Positions 39,924 to 47,895 of a stretch of 64,000 nt of DNA are shown here, piece after piece. Position numbers and translations under genes: made by a program. The stretch lies in assembly GCA_964005815.1 (NCBI GenBank), contig CAXFSR010000043.1, forward strand, positions 99,307-163,306. The letters are read 5' to 3'. The notes under the pieces are model-generated. The model saw only the letters and a program-made list of their open reading frames with translations, made no database searches and was not told where the DNA came from. How positions within the stretch are numbered: position 1 is the stretch's first letter; each line of letters begins with the position of its first letter. Source of the stretch: an uncultured Nitrospinaceae bacterium. Lineage in GTDB: Bacteria > UBA8248.

Positions 39924-41171
39924 CTATCTTTCTAAAGATTTTACTTTTTTCGGACTGAAAGAATCAACGTCTATATTTTTAAATCCTAGTCCTTGAATTT
40001 GGAACACTTTACTCCATGAAGGATCATGGAAGGCCTTTCCCGAGAGTATACCCACAGAAAATTGCACTTTACTCAATGCAGTGATACCTTTTCCTTTTTT
40101 CATAAAGAAAGAAAAAAACCTTTTTTCTCCAGGCTTCAGACCTGCAATCTTATAATTTGTAAAACAACACCTAGATGAACTCTTTTTCAAACTTGCCTGT
40201 AGAGTTACATCAAAAGAAAAATCAGAGTCAGAGTTTTTTAAAACTCCCTTCATTAGATATCGAGGAGAACATTTTCTACATTTTCGGGGACGTGAAAGAG
40301 TGAGTTCTAATCTTTCAACTGAAATCCAATTTTTAATATTCCTATTTCTTTGTCGAGTCATTATTGTAACAGCAGAAATGATTCTACTCCTATGAACTGA
40401 TTTTGGGTATAAACGTAAGAAGCGAACCAAGGCACCAACTCGACCAGATCTCTCAGCTCCTCTTAGAGCTTCGCTCTGAATATGCTGCTTCATTCTTTTT
40501 GATTCTTGAGTTCCAGGAAATTCTTCAAGAAATTTCCTCCACTCTCTCTCCAATCCTGATTCAATAGAACGTTGAAATCTTATTTGCACAAGATGTCTCT
40601 TCGCTTCTTTCAAGAAAGGACTACTTGGAAAATCATAAATAAAGTAATAAAAGAACTTTGGATTTTTTATTCTTATTGCATTATCAAGAGTCAATCTTTC
40701 AAGTCTTTGCTGCGCTGCTTCTGTCCATTCACTTCTTTTGTTTTTGTATTTCTTCAAAAACTTATCATAACCTCTGATCTTGTCCTGTTTCCTTAATTTT
40801 CTAAACTCCCTCTTTTGTAAAATTATTTCTGCCTCCGAAGCAAAATTACCTCCAGAGAATTTCTTTAAAAAACCAGAAAGAGCATTTAAATTTTTATTTC
40901 CCAATGCCTCTTCATAAGAAAGTTTTTCAAACCAATATTTAGCCCGACGGATAAATTTCCCGTTTGGATGATATTTTATATATTTTCCGTAAGCTTGAGA
41001 GGTGTGTTCGTTCATTGCTATTCGAAAAGAAGAATGATCAGAGTCTTTCGATACAATTTCGACTTCATTCTTGACACTTTTTTTAAAAAATGTGCCACAA
41101 CCATAAAAAAATAAACAAATAAACAAAAAAGAGATAAATTTAAATTTCTTAGATTGTTTACAAAAATACAT
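39924..41171 (-). CDS. Lipoprotein with about six TPR-like helical repeats and a C-terminal beta domain
   Basis: Lipobox FYGC; repeats of the form Y-x-x-F(L/I)-x-x-(Y/F)P-x-S-x-x-x-x-x-A at about 37-aa spacing. Confidence 0.7.
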   Translation of the reverse strand: MYFCKQSKKFKFISFLFICLFFYGCGTFFKKSVKNEVEIVSKDSDHSSFRIAMNEHTSQAYGKYIKYHPNGKFIRRAKYWFEKLSYEEALGNKNLNALSGFLKKFSGGNFASEAEIILQKREFRKLRKQDKIRGYDKFLKKYKNKRSEWTEAAQQRLERLTLDNAIRIKNPKFFYYFIYDFPSSPFLKEAKRHLVQIRFQRSIESGLEREWRKFLEEFPGTQESKRMKQHIQSEALRGAERSGRVGALVRFLRLYPKSVHRSRIISAVTIMTRQRNRNIKNWISVERLELTLSRPRKCRKCSPRYLMKGVLKNSDSDFSFDVTLQASLKKSSSRCCFTNYKIAGLKPGEKRFFSFFMKKGKGITALSKVQFSVGILSGKAFHDPSWSKVFQIQGLGFKNIDVDSFSPKKVKSLER

Positions 41172-41191
41172 CGTATGAGTTCCTTGAAATA

Positions 41192-41962
41192 TTATTTATT
41201 TAAATTATTCTTTTTCAGATACTGTTCTACCGTCGGCAATTTAGGATCTTCAATAAAAGCATCAACTCTTTTCTTGAAAATATAAAATTCTTCTTCATCT
41301 AATAAATCTAATAACTCTTTGGAAAGATCCGAATCCGATTTGTCTAATTCCTTCTTCAACCTTTCTAAATCATCCAAATACTCAAGATTTAATCGATGCC
41401 CAGAAAAATCCCATATCACAGAACGTAATTTAGGTTCTACATGAAAAGTCAGCCCATGATCGATACCCCAAATTTGACCGTCTGTAGATCTGAAACAATG
41501 ACTAGGTTTCCTATCAGTATTATTCACAAGAAGGTCAAAACACGCAATTAGTTTCATTCGATCCTTATTTGACTCTCTGAGAGTATAATAATTTGACTCT
41601 CCATCATAATGCACACAAAATTGCATAGAACCTTCTCCATGAGGTCCGTCTCGTATGACTGTTGGTGGAACTATATTCCATCCTAGGAAATTACTGACAA
41701 TATAAGAACACCTCTCTCTATTATGAAGTGTTCCATAAGGAAAATCCCATAATGGTCTTTCTCCTTTAGAAGGCTTATATATCCCCCAAAAAATTATCTT
41801 TTTCGAGCGCAATTCTACTACAAAAGTATAATTAGACCCTTGTTGTACCAGGCCACCATCCAATACTTTTGACACTAGTAACAATTCTTCAATTTCTTTA
41901 GGCCGATAAGGTAAGGAGCCACCATCTATCAAATTTAAATGTTCAATCTTAGAAGTATTCAT
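41192..41962 (-). CDS. SCO1664 family PI3/PI4-kinase-like protein
   Basis: GSNYTF, YKPSKGERPLWDFP.GTL..RE, VPPTV.RDGPHG.GS.Q, NNTDRK.SH, GIDHGLTFH..PKLR.V.W.F. Confidence 0.88.
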   Translation of the reverse strand: MNTSKIEHLNLIDGGSLPYRPKEIEELLLVSKVLDGGLVQQGSNYTFVVELRSKKIIFWGIYKPSKGERPLWDFPYGTLHNRERCSYIVSNFLGWNIVPPTVIRDGPHGEGSMQFCVHYDGESNYYTLRESNKDRMKLIACFDLLVNNTDRKPSHCFRSTDGQIWGIDHGLTFHVEPKLRSVIWDFSGHRLNLEYLDDLERLKKELDKSDSDLSKELLDLLDEEEFYIFKKRVDAFIEDPKLPTVEQYLKKNNLNK

Positions 41963-42001
41963 TTTTCACAAAAAACCAGAATAATAGACTGGAGACATTA
42001 C

Positions 42002-42526
42002 TTATGAATGAAAATGTCCATTCGTACTTGGATTGACCTTTCCAGATACAATTAGAGAATTTCTTGAAACTGAGTCAGTTCCTCTTCCAGATGCACATTC
42101 ATTTAAACTTTGTTCTATAAATGCCTCTGCAAGACTTATATCAATAGCAATTTCAAGAATTTGACTACTCTTTTCATCATCTGCAAGAGGTTCTCCTTCA
42201 GAAATTCCATGAAATTGTATAACAAACAGATGACTTTCTTCTTGGTAAGAAATACTTGCTTGAGATACAGTAAACTCTATATGTTTATTCATCTCTGTAC
42301 TTTCGTTGTTTTCATGCAATTTTTCTGTTGAAGATTTTTCCTGTTTATTCTCTAAGACTATTTTTTTAAGTGTTGTTGCCAAGGCAAAGACTTGTTCTTT
42401 CTCTACCCAAAGTGTGGCATGAGAACCAGATTTTCTATCAGCTAGAATTCTAAAAATCCTTTTCCCAGGGATCCCAATAGATTCTGTATAAAGAACATCT
42501 ACCCTACCAAATTGATTTTCTTCCAT
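42002..42526 (-). CDS. DUF3090 family protein
   Basis: IGIPGKRIFRI, LWVEKEQV.AL, ASGR, C-terminal PSTNGH; canonical partner of SCO1664. Confidence 0.78.
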   Translation of the reverse strand: MEENQFGRVDVLYTESIGIPGKRIFRILADRKSGSHATLWVEKEQVFALATTLKKIVLENKQEKSSTEKLHENNESTEMNKHIEFTVSQASISYQEESHLFVIQFHGISEGEPLADDEKSSQILEIAIDISLAEAFIEQSLNECASGRGTDSVSRNSLIVSGKVNPSTNGHFHS

Positions 42527-43017
42527 TATATACTCCGTTGATTAAGATTAATACTAAGCAAACATTCCTTCCATTGAATTGTGTTCAAGAGTATATTAAA
42601 GCACATACATTTTTTAACGCTTTTTCTGTAGGAAAAAATTTTTGCAAAAAATACTAGAATACCTCCTCTTACTTTTACTAATTGTTACTGTCATAGTGAC
42701 AATTTGGACACTTATAGACAACAAACTATTGCAAACGTTACTAAGTTTCATTAAATAAAGTAATTTATTCAAAACCAAATTAAACACTAAGAATTAAATT
42801 TTTGCCATTTTAAAATGTAAAACATTCAATGAACAAATTATATAAAAGAATAATTTTATGATAAATTTCAAAAAAAATCAGATCTAGAAAATGCAATCTC
42901 TGTTTTTTTTGACATTTTTATCAAGTAACAAAAACACTACTTAGAAAAGAAAAAACTTCTTTTAGAACTAAATTTTCTAAAAATTTACATAACTGTTTAT
43001 GTTAGGGGATAAATATT

Positions 43018-43785
43018 ATGAACAAAACAAATTTTGATTTTACTGGCCAAGTAGCTGTTGTTACGGGTGCTGCACAGGGAATTGGCAAAGGGTCTTCAGA
43101 AGAATTTGCAAGAGCTGGAGCCAAAGTTTATTTACTTGACATAAACGATGATTTAGGGGGAAAAAACGCATCGACAATTCGAGAAGAAGGTTTTCAAGCC
43201 GAATATTTGCACTGTGACCTGACTAGTTCCAAGGAAGTAAACAGCACGTTTGAAAAAATAGAATCGAATGAAAAAAAGATAGACATCTTAGTTAATTCAG
43301 CGGGTGGTTTCACAAAACAACTTTCAACACAAGAAACCCCAGAGGAAGAATGGGATGCTGTAATTGATAGGAATTTAAAGAGCTTGTTTTTAACAGGTAA
43401 AGCCATAACACCTATCTTCAAAAAACAGAAAAGTGGAAGAATAATTAACTTAGGCTCTATGTCTGGACTTACAACTCTCAACTATTCGTCACCTCCCTAT
43501 TCTGCGGCAAAAGCAGGTGTTCACTGTCTAACTAGAGTACTTGCATATGAACTTGGAGAATTTGGAGTGTGCGTTAATGCAATTGCACCTGGAACAACAG
43601 CAACAGAAAGAGTTATCGCTGTCAGAACAGACGAAGAAAGAAAAAAAATTGGAGAATCAACATTAATTGGACGAATCGGAGAAGTTGAAGATATGGTTGG
43701 ATGGGTCTTATTTCTCGCTGCTCCTGAATCTTCGTATTTGACGGGACAAACTATTGCGGTAAACGCAGGAAGGTTAATGGCTTAA
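43018..43785 (+). CDS. SDR family oxidoreductase
   Basis: TGAAQGIG, NSAG, YSAAK. Confidence 0.92.
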   Translation: MNKTNFDFTGQVAVVTGAAQGIGKGSSEEFARAGAKVYLLDINDDLGGKNASTIREEGFQAEYLHCDLTSSKEVNSTFEKIESNEKKIDILVNSAGGFTKQLSTQETPEEEWDAVIDRNLKSLFLTGKAITPIFKKQKSGRIINLGSMSGLTTLNYSSPPYSAAKAGVHCLTRVLAYELGEFGVCVNAIAPGTTATERVIAVRTDEERKKIGESTLIGRIGEVEDMVGWVLFLAAPESSYLTGQTIAVNAGRLMA

Positions 43786-43788
43786 TCC

Positions 43789-44967
43789 ATGGATTTAAAC
43801 CTTTCGGTGGAAGACTTAACTCTGCAAAAAATATCACGTGAATTCGCAAGAAATGAGATACTTCCAATTGCTGCAAACAGAGATATACGTTCAAAACCCA
43901 GCGAGGCTTATCCTTGGGAAATTCTAAAGAAACTTGACGCTCTTGGAATAAGGACCCTTACCGTCCCGAAAAAATTTGGAGGCTACGGTGCAAACCATTT
44001 ACAGCAAGCCATAGTATCAGAAGAGTTGGCATACGGAGACCTAGGAGTTGCAGTATCACTTGATCAAAATTTTAAATTCACTCAGTTAATCTGCAACGAA
44101 ACTACCGAAGAACAAAGAGACCGGTTTTTAGATGATTTTCTAACAGACCCCATTGCGCTTCTTGCTATAGCAATAACTGAACCTCAAAGTGGAACAGACT
44201 CTTTTTTACTTTACGAGGCCCCGATAGCAGGACCAAGGATGACAGCGAAAGAAGATGGCAATGACTACGTTCTAAATGGAACAAAACATTATATTTCAAA
44301 CGGTGGACTTGCAAAATATTATTTTATTTTTGCAAGGACCGATCCGAGCAAACCCATGAGCGAAGGATTAACTGGATTTATAGTTCCAAAAGATACTCAA
44401 GGCTTTTCTATTGGAGAGGCCCATAGCAAGCTTGGAAGAAGGCTATTGCAAAATGGAGAACTAGTCTTAAGTAATTGTCGAGTACCTAAAACAAATATTC
44501 TTGGAGAATGGAATAAAGGTCTTGATATTTTTAGAAAAATGGTTAGCGGAGCTCTTATCCCTGTAATGGGACCAGCTCGTCTTGCATATGATCTTTCCAA
44601 AAAAATCTTAAAAGAAAGTTCAATAAAAGATGACCAATGGGCACAAATGCTTCTTTCTGAAATGTATATGCTCATAGAGGCAGGAAGAACATTTTTATAT
44701 TCTGCTGCATGGCATGGAGGAAAAGAATCTGACGAATCTAAAAGAAGGTTGATGTCCAAAGTTTTTGCATCCGAAGCTGCTATTAAAGTATGTCGTTCTG
44801 CAATGGAAATATGGGAACACAAGGGAGACTTACATTTTGACAATCGACCCACTCCAGAAAAATGTTGGCGCGATGTTCTAAGCTACCTTCACGGTTTTGG
44901 TACAAACCAAGCTGTGAAATTGAAATGTTTCCCAATGATTTCACTAGATGAAGAAGAGCATTGGTGA
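43789..44967 (+). CDS. Acyl-CoA dehydrogenase-fold flavoprotein
   Basis: P..FGG.G, EELAYGD, AITEPQSGTD, LNGTKHYISNG, KLG.R, SKVFASE. Confidence 0.85.
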   Translation: MDLNLSVEDLTLQKISREFARNEILPIAANRDIRSKPSEAYPWEILKKLDALGIRTLTVPKKFGGYGANHLQQAIVSEELAYGDLGVAVSLDQNFKFTQLICNETTEEQRDRFLDDFLTDPIALLAIAITEPQSGTDSFLLYEAPIAGPRMTAKEDGNDYVLNGTKHYISNGGLAKYYFIFARTDPSKPMSEGLTGFIVPKDTQGFSIGEAHSKLGRRLLQNGELVLSNCRVPKTNILGEWNKGLDIFRKMVSGALIPVMGPARLAYDLSKKILKESSIKDDQWAQMLLSEMYMLIEAGRTFLYSAAWHGGKESDESKRRLMSKVFASEAAIKVCRSAMEIWEHKGDLHFDNRPTPEKCWRDVLSYLHGFGTNQAVKLKCFPMISLDEEEHW

Positions 44968-45039
44968 TAACCTGTAAGATAAATTTATTGAATTTCACTT
45001 AAAAAAACTTCTAACTTCTATAAGAGGTCTTATACAAAA

Positions 45040-46008
45040 ATGGCTAAATACAACAAATCTGATGCGCGATCTTACTGTAAAGAAAATATGAAAGGTATTT
45101 GGGCGGCGATACCCTATCCTTTCGACAAAAACGATAATATAGACGAGGATGCATATCGGAAAGATATAAGACATTATATTGACAATCTAAATATAAAAGG
45201 ATTTTTCGTTGGGGGCATGATCGGGGAATTCTGGTGTATGACTAAGGAAGAAAGATTAAGAGGACAAGAGATTTCATGCGACGAGGCCGGTGATGTTCCA
45301 GTAATTGCCCACACAGGTCATACCTCAGCAAAAGAAGCATTAGAATTAACTGAAGCCGCAGAAAAAGCAGGGGCAACATATGCTATTCTGGCCAACCCTT
45401 ACTTAGGCGCACAGGGACATCCAGATCGAGTGAAAGCATTTTTCAAATACCTATGCGATGGCAGCGATTTAGGTATCTCTTTGTTTAATACTGGCGCAAC
45501 TGGTTATTCTCTTAGTCCAGAACTTATAAGAGAACTTGTTGAAGAAAATGAAACTATTTGCTGTATCAAAAACGCCCAACCTAAATATCATTGCGACGAA
45601 GTAAGAAAAGCCGTTGGAGAAGATATTGTGGTAAGTGACCCGATGGAAACACAATGGTTTTTCAATCGTGCCTATCATAAACAACAAACATTTATGAGTG
45701 GTCCAGATCCATTCCTTTATCAAAGAAAAGATGACCTTAAAATGGAAAAATACACAAATTTGATAGATGAAGGCAATTTGGAAGAAGCCTGGACTGTGAG
45801 AGATGCGATGAACTCCATAAGAGACGTAAGTGAAAAATGGATTTGGGGACCATGGTCTCGTGGAGCTTTTCCAATTCCTGCTCTTAAGACTTGGATGCAA
45901 TTAATGGGGTTAAGTGGTGGTCCTTCACGACCCCCAATGATTCCTTTAACATCAGACGAAAAAAAAGAGCTTGAAACTGACCTTCGTCATGTTGGTCTTA
46001 TAGACTAA
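45040..46008 (+). CDS. Dihydrodipicolinate synthase-fold class I aldolase/dehydratase
   Basis: GIWAA...PF, GGMIGEF, Schiff-base Lys in CIKN, LMGLSGG..RPP. Confidence 0.85.
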   Translation: MAKYNKSDARSYCKENMKGIWAAIPYPFDKNDNIDEDAYRKDIRHYIDNLNIKGFFVGGMIGEFWCMTKEERLRGQEISCDEAGDVPVIAHTGHTSAKEALELTEAAEKAGATYAILANPYLGAQGHPDRVKAFFKYLCDGSDLGISLFNTGATGYSLSPELIRELVEENETICCIKNAQPKYHCDEVRKAVGEDIVVSDPMETQWFFNRAYHKQQTFMSGPDPFLYQRKDDLKMEKYTNLIDEGNLEEAWTVRDAMNSIRDVSEKWIWGPWSRGAFPIPALKTWMQLMGLSGGPSRPPMIPLTSDEKKELETDLRHVGLID

Positions 46009-46058
46009 TTTCAATCCAAAGATTCTTAACTTTCGGTCCGACATGGAAGAAAACGTAA

Positions 46059-46682
46059 ATGGGTAATTTTAAAGAATTTGACCCAAGTCAAATAGAGCGA
46101 CGAGAGATATACAGAATTTTAACTGGGTCAATAGTTCCTAGACCTATTGGATGGGCTTCAACGATAAGCAAAGATGGAATTTCGAACATAGCTCCTTTTA
46201 GTTTTTTCACATGCGTTTGTGTTGCTCCCCCAATGATTTCTCTTACAATCGCAAGAAATCCTGACGGTTCTAAAAAACATACTCTAATTAATGCTGAGGA
46301 AACAGGAGATTTCTGTTTTAATCTTGTTTCTGAAAACCTCTGGGAAAAAATGGTAGATACAGCAAATGGTTATGAAGAGGGAATTTCTGAATTCTCCGAA
46401 GTAGGAATTGAATCAATTCCCTCCATCAAAGTAGATTCCCCTAGAGTCAAACAATCTCCAATCCACTTTGAATGTAAAACACATAAGGTAATAGAACTCG
46501 GACCAAACAAACATCCCCTTTTAATTGGTGAAGTTGTTTATTTTCATGTTTCCGAAGAAGTCCTTAAAGGAAAATATATAGATATGGAAAAACTGAAACC
46601 AGTGGGCAGACTAAATGGGTTTTTGCAGTGCAGTTTAGGAGAGTTTCTAGAACGAAGTTTCCAAGATGGGCAAAAAAGATAA
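46059..46682 (+). CDS. Flavin reductase family protein (DIM6/NTAB)
   Basis: IVPRPIGW.ST, NIAPFSFF, K.TL.N..ETG.F, ECK, GRL.G. Confidence 0.9.
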   Translation: MGNFKEFDPSQIERREIYRILTGSIVPRPIGWASTISKDGISNIAPFSFFTCVCVAPPMISLTIARNPDGSKKHTLINAEETGDFCFNLVSENLWEKMVDTANGYEEGISEFSEVGIESIPSIKVDSPRVKQSPIHFECKTHKVIELGPNKHPLLIGEVVYFHVSEEVLKGKYIDMEKLKPVGRLNGFLQCSLGEFLERSFQDGQKR

Positions 46683-46719
46683 TTCACAACCACATCTAAA
46701 TACCTATGAAAGGAATTCT

Positions 46720-47748
46720 ATGAAAGCTATGGTTCTCCATGAACCGGGGAAGCCTTTTGAACTTGAAGATAGAGCTATTCCTCGTGCAGAAAATAATGAA
46801 GCGGTTGCAAAAGTTTTGGCATGCGGTTCTGGTCTAACGATACAACACACCGTTGCAGGAAGAATCCAATCAAATTTTCCAATTGTCATTGGACACGAAA
46901 TAACTGCGGAAATTACAGAAATTGGACTCGGAGTTGACAATTTAAAAGTTGGTGACCCGGTAACTGCTTTTTATTATTTAACTTGCGGAGACTGCAAATG
47001 GTGCAGAATAAATAGAGAGACTCTTTGCGATTCTCAAGGTCAGGTTGGACGACATATAGATGGTGGTTACGCAGAATACATAAAACTTCCTGCAAGAAAT
47101 TTTATCAAATTACCTAAAAATCTCGATTACATAAAAAATCCAGCTGAAATAGGTGTAATTACAGATGCTATAGCTACGCCATATAAAGTTATTCGACATG
47201 CACAAATATTACCGATGGAAAATGTTGCCATTATTGGCGCAGGCGGAGGCCTTGGAGTACATATGGTAATGGTTACTTTATGGGCAGGCGCAATTGTAAC
47301 TGCAGTAGATATTTCTTCAGATAAATTAAAAAAATGTGACGAACTTGGTGCGCATTTCTTAATCAACCCAAATGAAGTGAATCTTTATGAATCACTTATG
47401 GATTCCTCAAATGGGAAAGGAATGGATGTGATCGTTGATTATGCATGTACAAGTTCTACTATCGAATCCGGAATACAATCTCTCGGCAAAGGAGGAAGAT
47501 TTCTTCCTATGGCAGGAACATCCTCCGCAACCTTTGAATTTAATCCAAAAGAGATGTTAAAAGACGAAAGAAAAATAATGGGAAGTCGATACTGTACCAA
47601 ACAAGATGTCATTGACTCTCTTGAATTAGTTGCAAGAGGAGAAGTGTGGCCTATAGTCACAGAAAAGTATTCTTTAGAAGATGCAGACAAGGTTCATGAT
47701 AGACTTGAGAAAGGATTAGTCACAGGAAGAGCAGCAATAGTTATTTAA
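46720..47748 (+). CDS. Medium-chain (Zn-type) alcohol dehydrogenase
   Basis: MKAMVL start at 46720, GHE, CGDCKWC..C, GAGGGLG, GRAAIV. Confidence 0.88.
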   Translation: MKAMVLHEPGKPFELEDRAIPRAENNEAVAKVLACGSGLTIQHTVAGRIQSNFPIVIGHEITAEITEIGLGVDNLKVGDPVTAFYYLTCGDCKWCRINRETLCDSQGQVGRHIDGGYAEYIKLPARNFIKLPKNLDYIKNPAEIGVITDAIATPYKVIRHAQILPMENVAIIGAGGGLGVHMVMVTLWAGAIVTAVDISSDKLKKCDELGAHFLINPNEVNLYESLMDSSNGKGMDVIVDYACTSSTIESGIQSLGKGGRFLPMAGTSSATFEFNPKEMLKDERKIMGSRYCTKQDVIDSLELVARGEVWPIVTEKYSLEDADKVHDRLEKGLVTGRAAIVI

Positions 47749-47774
47749 TAATCGTTTTAACTACTTATTTTCAC

Positions 47775-47803
47775 TTGACGCAATTTTATTCGAATCCTAT
47801 ACT
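47775..47803 (+). promoter_or_regulatory. Sigma70 promoter of the Rieske/cytochrome b operon
   Basis: TTGACG-17 nt-TATACT, about 90 nt upstream of ATG 47896. Confidence 0.75.
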
Positions 47804-47895
47804 TTCAACGTTTTAAGTATATATACCGCTCTAATTTAAGTAATCCGGAAACAATAGATTTTGATGCCAGCAAATCCGGAATTTTAAAAGATGGA

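Noticed and set aside
42585-42667. Possible 20-aa ORF (TTG start) after an orphan AGGAGG on the minus strand
   Set aside because: SD spacing of about 14 nt is poor, the start is weak and the peptide is featureless.
45040-46008. dapA (true dihydrodipicolinate synthase)
   Set aside because: Lacks the GTTGE motif and the catalytic Tyr, and sits in a catabolic context.
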